Origin: an uncultured Phycisphaeraceae bacterium
GTDB lineage: Bacteria; Planctomycetota; Phycisphaerae; UBA1845
Reading direction: 5' to 3'
NCBI GenBank assembly: GCA_964495075.1
Contig: CAZBUJ010000009.1
Span: forward strand, 36,086-100,085
DNA length: 64,000 nt
The notes under the pieces: generated by a model
Told to the model about the DNA's origin: nothing
What the model saw: the letters and a program-made list of their open reading frames with translations, nothing else
The model's database searches: none
Shown here: one piece after another, positions 38,157 through 46,201 of the stretch
Position numbering within the stretch: position 1 is the stretch's first letter
How the letters are laid out: every line of letters starts with the position of its first letter
Made by a program: the position numbers and the translations under genes

Positions 38157-39656
38157 CTACTCTGCGGTTTCCTCTTCGAACTCCACCTTGCGGCTATTGA
38201 GTTCGGTAACCGAGCCGGTGAGCTGGTTGACCGCGGCCACCACCGTGTGGTTCTTGATCTTGCGTTTGTGAATGCGGATGGGTCCCTTCATTTCCTTGAC
38301 GAACGACGTGACGCGGTCGTCGATGCGGACGGTCACGCCCTGGCAGACCTTGGAACTGACCAGCACGTAGGGCCCGAAGTCCTCCGCCGTCTCGTGTTCG
38401 CCCGACGGTACGTAGACGGCCGCCATGCCGTCCTTGACGCGTTGCTCGACCTTGTTGATCTCGGCCTCGATGGAGTCCGCCTGGAACATGAGCTCGGTGG
38501 CCCGTTCCCGCTGATGCTGGGCGAGGTGCTTGGCCTGCGCCATGAGCGGGGAAACGGTTTCCCGGATCCGCTCGATCGCCTTACGCCGCCGCGCGTTCTC
38601 GATCTCCGCCACCTTGGCCTCGCGGAGCAGGTCTTCCCGCACCCCCACCGCCACGTCGGTCGGCACGCCGGCATCGCTGCCCACGACCTTGGCCTCAATG
38701 GCCACCCGGGCGTACACCTTGCCGCCAATCACCGCCCCGTTGGGGATCAACAGCCGGGATTCCGTATTGACACGGCTGTTGAGCACTTCCTTGCCGATCG
38801 TGATGTCGCCCTCCGCGTCGACTTGGGCTTCCGCGCAGAACTTGGCGGCGATCGTACCGCCGGACCGGACAAAACCCTTGTCCCGGTTGAGGATGCCACC
38901 CCGCACTTCGATATGCTCCGCAGCGTCCACTTCCGCCGCTTCGATTGCCCCGCCCACCGTGAGCCACCGGTCCGTCCGGACCTGGAACAGGTCCTGGATG
39001 TTGCCCCGCACGTTGACCGGCGTGGGCGAGTTGATGTGGCCGACGGAGAAATCCACGTTCTCCGTGATCTCAAGCACGGTGACGACGGTGATGCGTCCGT
39101 CCGCGACGTTGACCCGACCGGCCTCCTGGGCGACGACGGTGGTGCCGTCCTCCGCCAGGACGACGTTTTCGTTCAGTTCGATTTCGCTGGGCGCCTTTCG
39201 GATGGGGATTTCGTTGCCGTGGACGTCTATGCCGGGCGTGGCCGGGACGGCGGGCGTGATGTGGCCGATGGTGTCCCCCGCGTTCACCATCACGAACTTG
39301 GAGACGTCGTAGTGGCTGAGACGCCTTTCGTCTTCGTCCTCGTTGATGGCCTCCTCGCGAGGGGCGATGGGTTCATACCACTCAAAGGTAGCATCCTTGC
39401 CCTCATCGAGTGGGCGGCCTTTGGCGATCAGTACGGGTTCATACGCGTGCCTTCCAGCGGTGATTCGCGCGATGTACTCCTGGATCCGGGAGGTGACGGC
39501 GTCGTCAACCATGATCCTGGCCTGCTCGAGGGCGACCACTACGTCGCTGGTGGTGACGTGTTTGAAGTCGGCCTCGTCGCGCAGGCGGATCGTCGCCGTG
39601 AGGTGGTCTTCCGCTACCACGACGCGAAATGGTGTACTGACCTTTGTCGTACTCAT
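38157..39656 (-). CDS. FapA/DUF342-family protein
   Basis: IAKGRP..GKDA, PGIDVHG, NVDFSVGHI, beta-helix-like repeats, coiled coil; downstream of cheY. Confidence 0.88.
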   Translation of the reverse strand: MSTTKVSTPFRVVVAEDHLTATIRLRDEADFKHVTTSDVVVALEQARIMVDDAVTSRIQEYIARITAGRHAYEPVLIAKGRPLDEGKDATFEWYEPIAPREEAINEDEDERRLSHYDVSKFVMVNAGDTIGHITPAVPATPGIDVHGNEIPIRKAPSEIELNENVVLAEDGTTVVAQEAGRVNVADGRITVVTVLEITENVDFSVGHINSPTPVNVRGNIQDLFQVRTDRWLTVGGAIEAAEVDAAEHIEVRGGILNRDKGFVRSGGTIAAKFCAEAQVDAEGDITIGKEVLNSRVNTESRLLIPNGAVIGGKVYARVAIEAKVVGSDAGVPTDVAVGVREDLLREAKVAEIENARRRKAIERIRETVSPLMAQAKHLAQHQRERATELMFQADSIEAEINKVEQRVKDGMAAVYVPSGEHETAEDFGPYVLVSSKVCQGVTVRIDDRVTSFVKEMKGPIRIHKRKIKNHTVVAAVNQLTGSVTELNSRKVEFEEETAE

Positions 39657-39686
39657 GCCGAGCCCCTTCGGCATCGGCCCGGTGGA

Positions 39687-40061
39687 TTATGTTTGGGCGG
39701 ACACTTTGGCCATCGTCTGGTTGATCTTCTCCGACAGCGTTTCGCCGGTGAACGGCTTGACCACGTAGTTGTTGACGCCCGCCTTGATGGCCTCGACCAC
39801 TCTTGACTTCTCCGCCTCGGTCGTGCACATGATGATTGGCGTGGTCTTGTCCGTTTCGCGGACCTTGCGGACCATCGTGATGCCGTCCATATTGGGCATG
39901 TTCCAGTCGACGAGCATGAGTTCGGGCTTCTCGGCCGCGATGCGAGACAGGGCCTCCACGCCGTCGCCGGCCTCGATCACGTCGGTGTAGCCGATCTCCG
40001 CGAGCACGTTCTTCTGGATGTTGCGAATGGTGCGGGAGTCGTCGACAAGTAAGATCTTCAT
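39687..40061 (-). CDS. cheY: CheY-like single-domain response regulator
   Basis: LLVDDS, VDWNMPNMDG, MCTTE, YVVKPF; ATGA overlap with cheX. Confidence 0.92.
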   Translation of the reverse strand: MKILLVDDSRTIRNIQKNVLAEIGYTDVIEAGDGVEALSRIAAEKPELMLVDWNMPNMDGITMVRKVRETDKTTPIIMCTTEAEKSRVVEAIKAGVNNYVVKPFTGETLSEKINQTMAKVSAQT

Positions 40062-40564
40062 GATGAGGCTCCTGCGCTCGCGGCGGCCCGTTCCGATACC
40101 CCTGGTCTGTCCGTGGTCATTCCGATTTCGACGTACACGGAGCCGAATTCCGTTTCGCACGGTATCACGACGCGCGGGACCGACCGCGAGGTCGAGACAA
40201 CATGCTCCTTGCCGATGATTACATTCGGAAGCGAGATACTGACGCTCATCCCGCGGAATTCCTTCTTGGCGTTGCCGGCCACCATGTTGGCCAGTTCGCC
40301 AATGGCGTCCGCGAAGTCGGGGTGATGCTGATCGATCGGCACGCCCGCGAACTTCGACGCGGCTTCTATCGCCACTCGTTCCGGAAAGCTCAGGACCACG
40401 CTGCCCGCCGCGTCACCCGAGAAGCCGATGACGCCCGAGACGTCAGCCGAGGCACTCGGATCGTGCTTCACGAACGGCTTGCCGACCTGCACCTTCGTCT
40501 GCACCATGGTTTCGAAGACGCGTTTGATCGCCAGAACAAAGGGGTTGATATACTGGACGTCCAT
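40058..40564 (-). CDS. cheX: CheX chemotaxis phosphatase
   Basis: YINPF, DVSGVIG, DAIGELANMVAG (E-x2-N). Confidence 0.95.
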   Translation of the reverse strand: MDVQYINPFVLAIKRVFETMVQTKVQVGKPFVKHDPSASADVSGVIGFSGDAAGSVVLSFPERVAIEAASKFAGVPIDQHHPDFADAIGELANMVAGNAKKEFRGMSVSISLPNVIIGKEHVVSTSRSVPRVVIPCETEFGSVYVEIGMTTDRPGVSERAAASAGASS

Positions 40565-40636
40565 TGAGCCCTCATTGCCGTTAAGGGTGGATACCCGCCA
40601 GAAGGCAAGTGCGGCCGGCCCTTGCCCGCTGATTTC

Positions 40637-40664
40637 AGATCGACCGTTCCCGATCGTTAGTTTA
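40637..40664 (-). promoter_or_regulatory. Putative sigma-28 promoter of cheX-cheY-fapA
   Basis: TAAA-N16-GTCGATCT on the minus strand. Confidence 0.45.
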
Positions 40665-41002
40665 GCTGCCCTGTACGGAGGACGCCTCGGCGATGCACCG
40701 CGGTCGGCTGGAAGAGCCGCCCATGACTTATCGGAACCGGGCCGGCCGGAACACGGTGCTTCACGCCGGATCGCAACGCCGCCCCGGACGACCCGGCGGC
40801 GCGACGCCGCGCGGGAAGCCGATCGGTGGGCCTCGCTGCCCCGCCAATCGGTCCACCGGACGGTGCGGCGCGGCTCCGGGGCAACCCGTCGAATTCCGCG
40901 TCAGAACGCTCCAACGAGTTCAGTTTCCCTTGCCCTGCCAAGGGCGATTGCCGGAAACAGGCTCCAAACGGCCGAAAGGACCGCCAAGTCCGCATTTCTT
41001 CC

Positions 41003-41031
41003 TTGCGACGCGAATGGGGCGCAGCTAGAAT
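41003..41031 (+). promoter_or_regulatory. Putative sigma-70 promoter of the histone gene
   Basis: TTGCGA-N17-TAGAAT. Confidence 0.55.
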
Positions 41032-41104
41032 CCTGCCCGAATCGAGGGACTCGAAAGCTCGGAAGTGCGTCACGGATTTGTCAACGCAAAAGGAGTGTCG
41101 TTCG

Positions 41105-41326
41105 ATGGCGAAGAAGAAAAAGGCGAAGAAGGCCAAAGCGTCCCGATCGAGGAAGGACGTGCTCGTGGTGGCCAGCAAGGTCAAGGCCTACATGCACAGC
41201 AAGAAGATGAATACGTCGGCCGATGCCATCGCCAGCCTTTCGGAGCAGGTGTATTCCATGCTCGACGCGGCGGCCGAAAGGACCAAGGCGAACGGGCGGA
41301 AGACCGTCAAGCCCCAGGACATCTGA
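41105..41326 (+). CDS. Bacterial histone-fold protein (Bd0055-like) with Lys-rich N-terminal tail
   Basis: VLVVASKVK, MNTSADAI and C-terminal ANGRKTVKPQDI (RKTVxxxD histone L2 motif); AAGGAG RBS; 73 aa. Confidence 0.9.
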   Translation: MAKKKKAKKAKASRSRKDVLVVASKVKAYMHSKKMNTSADAIASLSEQVYSMLDAAAERTKANGRKTVKPQDI

Positions 41327-41381
41327 CCGCACGCCGGTGACATCGCCGGATGGAGCCGCGGATCAGCGGTCTCAGAATCCA

Positions 41382-41415
41382 AGGCAGGTGACCCGCCCGG
41401 TCACCTGCCTCCTTT
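41382..41415 (+). terminator. Intrinsic terminator-like hairpin between convergent genes; target of the IIC intron
   Basis: Perfect 12-bp stem AGGCAGGTGACC / GGTCACCTGCCT, 5-nt loop, short T run. Confidence 0.75.
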
Positions 41416-41417
41416 GT

Positions 41418-42331
41418 GTGTGCCGAGCATGTTTGGCAACTCGGGGGTGCGAGTCCCCCGTCCAACCTGATGGAGGTGAAGGACAAGCGGGTGCTCAGGC
41501 TCATCCGGGCGTTCTTGAACGCCGGGGGTGATGGAGAACGGGCTGGTCAGTCCGACCGACGAGGGCGCGCCGCAAGGCGGCCCCTTGTCGCCGTTACTCT
41601 CGAACCTGGTGTTGGACGAGTTGGACCGAGAGCTGGAGAAGCGAGGTCATCGGTTCGCGCGCTACGCGGACGACGGCAACATTTATGTCCGCAGCGAGCG
41701 GGCCGGCCAGCGGGTGATGGCCAGCGTGACGCAGTTCATCACACGCCGGCTCAAGCTCAAGGTCAACGAGACCAAGAGCGCGGTGGCCCGTCCCTGGGAC
41801 CGCAAGTTCCTGGGATTCAGCTTCACCAGCGGCCGGGAGCCCAAACGGCGGATCGCGCCGAAGGCCCGCCAGCGGTTCAAGGCGCGAGTTCGGGAGCTGA
41901 CGCGTCGGACGCGAGGAATCAGCCTGCAGGAGATGGTCAACCAACTGGCCGACTACCTGCGGGGCTGGCGAAGCTACTTTGGCTCTTGTCAGACGCCCTC
42001 GGTGCTCCGGCATCTGGACTCGTGGGTTCGGCGGCGACTCCGCTGTGTCCAGTGGAAGCAGTGGAAGCGTGGCAAGCGACGGTTCGCGGAACTGCGTCGT
42101 CTCGGGGTGGGTAAGAACCTGGCGGCTCAGACCGCCGGGAGCCCCCACGGCCCCTGGCGGATCAGCCGCAGCCCCGCCTTGTCCTTCGCCATGCCGGACG
42201 CCTTCTTCGTAGCACTGGGACTACCCCTGCTCGCCGCTCGTTGACAGCTCAACCCGCTCGAACTGCCGTGTACGGACCCGTACGCACGGTGGTGTGACAG
42301 GGACAGCCCGTGAGGGCCTACCTATGTCGAT
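41418..42331 (+). mobile_element. Group IIC intron, internally deleted
   Basis: 5' end GTGTGCCGAGCATG..GGGTGCGAGTCCC; DV GAACTGCCGTGTACGGACCCGTACGCACGGTGGTG; DVI ending CTATGTCGAT; located just after a stem-loop. Confidence 0.9.
41476..42244 (+). pseudogene. ltrA: Truncated, frameshifted group II intron RT/maturase
   Basis: DKRVLRLIRAFLNAG, frameshift in a G run near 41525, then PQGGPLSP, RYADD, FLGFSF and maturase domain; N-terminal RT subdomains missing. Confidence 0.88.
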
Positions 42332-42779
42332 TGTCGCGTTGTTTGGCCCACGCGGTCCGGCGGGTGGCCAGTTGGTCGCACCGCGGGCACCGCACGCCGT
42401 CGCCGACCGGTTTCCACGGGCCGGTCCCGTGCCGGTACTGCACCAGCCGGCTCCGACCGTCGGGGTCCTGCTCGTAGCGGACGAAGCACTCGAAGCTCCC
42501 GTGCTTGCGGCACGTGAAAGGCAAGACGATGTCCGCGAACTGGCCATCGCGGGAACAGGGAAGGGGCTTGTAGCCGCCCGGCGCTTGGAAGCGTTCCCCG
42601 GACGGGCACTCCCACGTCACCGTCAGGTCGGTGATGTTGCGCTGCCGGGGCGGCTGGGGCGTGTGCTTGCCGATGTACAATCGCCATCCGACGAAGATCG
42701 CCAGAGCGGCTACGACCACCATCACGAAACTGATCATGGCGGTGGTGCGCTGCGGTTTGTCGTTCCGGATTCTGACCAT
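42318..42779 (-). CDS. Membrane-anchored Cys-rich hypothetical protein; last codons interrupted by the intron
   Basis: N-terminal TM segment; CPSG, CSRDG, CRKHG, CPRC. Confidence 0.7.
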   Translation of the reverse strand: MVRIRNDKPQRTTAMISFVMVVVAALAIFVGWRLYIGKHTPQPPRQRNITDLTVTWECPSGERFQAPGGYKPLPCSRDGQFADIVLPFTCRKHGSFECFVRYEQDPDGRSRLVQYRHGTGPWKPVGDGVRCPRCDQLATRRTAWAKQRDNRHR

Positions 42780-42944
42780 GCCTCGTGGACGTCTCCCGGC
42801 TTTCGACGCGGGCGAGCCGCCGCCGATCCTACCGCGCCGGGCCGTGCGAACAAACCCCAACCGCGCACTCGCGACGACGGCCAGACGGTCAGTCCGGAGT
42901 CAGTCAATACGGAATCAGACAGTACGGTGCCAATCAGCCCGGGA

Positions 42945-43841
42945 TCATTCGGGTGAGCGACCGGGATTGGACGACGGCTGGGGGACCGCGCCCGTCCACC
43001 AGAAGGTCTGGGCGTGTGCGAATGAATAGTGCGGCTTTTGCAGTTCGAGGCACAGCGGGCACTCGCCGCCGGCGCAGTCCGGGTAAAAGCTCTCGATGGG
43101 CAGGCGCATCATGAGATCGGTCCGCACGCGACGCACATTGCCCCCCATGGTCACCGTGTTGATGCCGCCAAAATGGCGGGCCGTCAGCCAGGGGACCGAC
43201 GCGGACGGCGAGCCCGCGTCGAAGCTGTCATCCCACGGGAGCCGACCCAGCGACCGATGGGTCAGCCAGGCTTCCGCCGGATTCGTGCTCACGCCCGTCA
43301 CCACGTCCGGTCCGACGTCGGCCAGCAGAAGTGTGTCGAGGGGACGCTTCGGCTGATAGCGATCCATGTAGGCGAGGTAGCCGTCCGGACTCGACTGAAT
43401 GAAGTCACTCAGTCCGTAACTGCTGTCGACGATGGGCTCACCTAACGCGTTGAGCGTGGCCGGGTGCAGATCGTCCGGACACCGCAGCAGATGTGGATCA
43501 CCCAGGTATTTCGGAGTCAGCTTGGCGAACCAACTATCCGCCGGATCCAATGAAGACCGCGATGGACTCAACGTCGAAATCGGAATCCATCCGTCGTTGT
43601 CGATCCGGTAGGTATGTAGCGCCTGGTAAACTTCCTTCAGGTTGTGCATACAAACGGCGTTCGAGGCTTGACGCATCGCCCGGGCAAGAGAGGGGACCAG
43701 GATGGCCACAAGAAGGGAGATGATCAACATCACCATCAACAATTCAAGGAGGGTAAACCCTCTCCGTCCCGACTTGGGCAGACGGAATATACAACCCCGC
43801 GCGCTGCTGGTTCGACCACGCATGGAACCTGTTCCCACCAT
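42945..43841 (-). CDS. Prepilin-type N-terminal cleavage protein (planctomycete DUF1559-like)
   Basis: RRGFTLLELLMV..ILVPSL..C.HNL; RCPDD; RHFGGIN (H-X9-DG-like); start uncertain. Confidence 0.88.
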   Translation of the reverse strand: MVGTGSMRGRTSSARGCIFRLPKSGRRGFTLLELLMVMLIISLLVAILVPSLARAMRQASNAVCMHNLKEVYQALHTYRIDNDGWIPISTLSPSRSSLDPADSWFAKLTPKYLGDPHLLRCPDDLHPATLNALGEPIVDSSYGLSDFIQSSPDGYLAYMDRYQPKRPLDTLLLADVGPDVVTGVSTNPAEAWLTHRSLGRLPWDDSFDAGSPSASVPWLTARHFGGINTVTMGGNVRRVRTDLMMRLPIESFYPDCAGGECPLCLELQKPHYSFAHAQTFWWTGAVPQPSSNPGRSPE

Positions 43842-43962
43842 CTAAGACTACACTGAACTTCCTCTCATTGCAAGGGTTAAGAGGGTTTCCGGATCGAACG
43901 GACCCACGCCGCTTCGCTATCCGGGCGGTGGGCGAACGGGTATAATCCGGCGGGTTGGAATC

Positions 43963-45849
43963 GTGGAGACCCACGGCGACGCAAGCCCCTGCGAGCCGGG
44001 TGCCCGAACTGAAATCCCTGTGAATGTAAGTGGGACTTGCCGTTTGAACTCGTTACAAGATCTTATAAGTTCTGAACTTCTGCCGTTTGTCCGGCAGCCG
44101 GCTCAGTACATCGGCCGCGAGATCAACCAGATCGTGGCGGACGGAGAATGGGACCGGGCAGAGGTGCGCGTCGCGCTCGCGTTCCCCGATGCGTACGCCC
44201 TGGGGATCAGTCATCTGGGTAACCAGATCCTTTACTGGCTCTGCAATCGCACGCCGGGCGTGGTGGCCGAACGGGTCTATTGTCCCCAACTCGACGCCGA
44301 GCGGCGGATGCGGGACCGTGGTATTCCGCTCTTCACCTGGGACACGCGGCGGCCGGTGACATCCGCCGACATCCTCGGGATCTCGCTACAGTACGAGATG
44401 CTCTACACGAACGTGCTCACGCTGCTGGACTTGGCCGGCATTCCGCAACGGGCGGCCGACCGGGACGCGTCGCACCCGCTGGTGCTCGGCGGCGGGCCGC
44501 AAGCCGACAACCCCGAACCAGTGGCCGGTTTCTTCGACCTGATCGTGAACGGGGACGGCGAGGTGGCCATGTCGAGCATCCTCGACACGTACCGCCGTCT
44601 CAAGCGGGACGGGGCCCGGCGATCGGAGATCGTGCGGGTGCTGGCCCAGCGGTACGAGTGGCTGTACGCGCCGTCGCTGTACCGCGTACGGTATCACGCC
44701 GACGGCACGGTGGCCGGGATCGAGCCGACCGTGGAGGGCATCGCGTGCCCGGTGCGGCGTTGTCAGACGCCGGGGTTCGAATCGTCGGCGGTGCCCGAAC
44801 GGCCGCTCGTGCCGCACGTGCAGGCGGTGCACGAGCGGGTCAGCATCGAGGTCATGCGCGGCTGTCCTCAGCGATGTCGATTCTGTCACGCCGGGTATAC
44901 CAAGCGGCCGCTTCGCTGGCGGAGCGTCGACCGCATCCTGGAGATAGCGGAGGCGGCGTACCAGGCCACCGGGTTCGACGAGATCGGGTTGCTGTCGCTG
45001 TCAACGGCGGATTATCCCAAGCTGCGGGAACTGGCGGAACAGGTGGAACGTCGGTTCAGCGGGCGCAAGGTGAGCATCTCGGTGCCGTCGCTTCGGGTCG
45101 ACAAGATGCTGAGCGACGTGCCGCTGATGGTCAACCCCGTTCGTAAGAGCGGATTGACCATCGCGGTGGAGGCGGCCCGCGACGACATGCGGGAGTCCAT
45201 CCTCAAGAAAGTGACGGACGGGCGTCTGCTCGACGGGGTCCGTGCCGCCTACGAAGCGGGCTGGCGGAGCGTCAAACTCTACTTCATGGCCGGTTTCCCC
45301 GGCGAGCGCGAGACCGACATCGAGGGCATCTGGGAGCTCAGCCGCGCGGTGAGCGAGGCGCGGCGGGCGGTGTGCGGCAAGCCAGCCACCGTGAACGCCG
45401 CCGTTGGCTGGCTGGTGCCCAAGCCGCACACGCCGATGCAGTGGGCCGCCCAGGCGACCGAAGCGTACTTCCGATCGGTTCGCGACCGGCTGCGGTCGAA
45501 GTCTCGCCGGCGCGGCGCGGTCAAGCTCAAGATGCCGCGGATCGACCGCTCGATTCTGGAAGGCGCCTTCGCCCGTGGCGACCGGCGGCTGGCCCGGGTG
45601 ATCGAGACGGCCTGGCGGCTCGGCGCCAGGTTCGACGGCTGGGACGAGCACTTCCGCCCGGACCTGTGGGATCGCGCGTTTGATGAGAACGGGCTGGACA
45701 AAGCCTGGTACGCCCATCGTGAGCGTGACCGGGACGAGGTCTTTCCGTGGGCCCACCTCGTCGGCGCACGGCAGGGCGACGCATACCTGTGGGACCAGTA
45801 CAAGGAGGAGATTGCCGGAATCGCGAATCGCCAGACAGCGCCGGGGTAG
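43963..45849 (+). CDS. TIGR03960-type B12-binding radical SAM protein
   Basis: QPAQYIGREIN, FPDAYALGISHLG, RGCPQRCRFC, PSLR, PKPHTP, GARFDGW; true start may be near 44044. Confidence 0.9.
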   Translation: METHGDASPCEPGARTEIPVNVSGTCRLNSLQDLISSELLPFVRQPAQYIGREINQIVADGEWDRAEVRVALAFPDAYALGISHLGNQILYWLCNRTPGVVAERVYCPQLDAERRMRDRGIPLFTWDTRRPVTSADILGISLQYEMLYTNVLTLLDLAGIPQRAADRDASHPLVLGGGPQADNPEPVAGFFDLIVNGDGEVAMSSILDTYRRLKRDGARRSEIVRVLAQRYEWLYAPSLYRVRYHADGTVAGIEPTVEGIACPVRRCQTPGFESSAVPERPLVPHVQAVHERVSIEVMRGCPQRCRFCHAGYTKRPLRWRSVDRILEIAEAAYQATGFDEIGLLSLSTADYPKLRELAEQVERRFSGRKVSISVPSLRVDKMLSDVPLMVNPVRKSGLTIAVEAARDDMRESILKKVTDGRLLDGVRAAYEAGWRSVKLYFMAGFPGERETDIEGIWELSRAVSEARRAVCGKPATVNAAVGWLVPKPHTPMQWAAQATEAYFRSVRDRLRSKSRRRGAVKLKMPRIDRSILEGAFARGDRRLARVIETAWRLGARFDGWDEHFRPDLWDRAFDENGLDKAWYAHRERDRDEVFPWAHLVGARQGDAYLWDQYKEEIAGIANRQTAPG

Positions 45850-45890
45850 ACCGGTACGGAGTCGCGGCGCAGGGTGCCGCACGGGAAACG

Positions 45891-46170
45891 TATGGCGCCC
45901 CATCGTGGCCCCGAGCCGTACACCGGCCACCGTCAATGAGGTCGTCGCTGGGCGGAAGGTGAGTGGGGTCTCGGAGGCGGATGTCACGAACCTCTTCGGG
46001 GGTCCAGGCCGCGGACGGCAGCTCCGCCATGTCAAGCACCGAATCGGAGACCCGCGTATCCTCAATCTGGTTCGATGGTGGCTGAAGGCCGGTGTCCCGG
46101 AGGATGGAACGCCGGGCCCGAACGAAGAGGGACGCCATAAGGAGGTTCGATCAGTGCACGGCTGAGCAAT
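45891..46170 (+). pseudogene. Heavily decayed group II intron RT fragment
   Basis: EADVTNLF, HRIGDPRILNLVRWWLKAGV, then a frameshifted TP*GGSIS..LSN (PQGG motif with Q changed to stop). Confidence 0.8.
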
Positions 46171-46201
46171 AGTCCATTCGCCAATCGTCATGCGGCCGCG
46201 C

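Noticed and set aside
40660-41000. c-di-GMP riboswitch or tRNA in the cheX-histone intergenic region
   Set aside because: GAAA-containing hairpins are present, but I could not match the GEMM consensus or a cloverleaf by eye; an Rfam scan would settle it.
40826-41104. 93-aa N-terminal extension of the histone ORF given in the track
   Set aside because: The promoter (41003-41031) and AAGGAG RBS lie inside it, supporting ATG 41105.
41528-42244. Functional stand-alone RT (retron, Abi or CRISPR-associated)
   Set aside because: The N-terminal RT subdomains are deleted, it lies between group II intron ends, and there is no msr/msd, cas gene or array.
41418-46170. The two RT pieces as halves of one split or trans-spliced intron
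   Set aside because: Both cover the same D.R.L.L...L.AG..PQGG region with different sequences, so they are independent elements.
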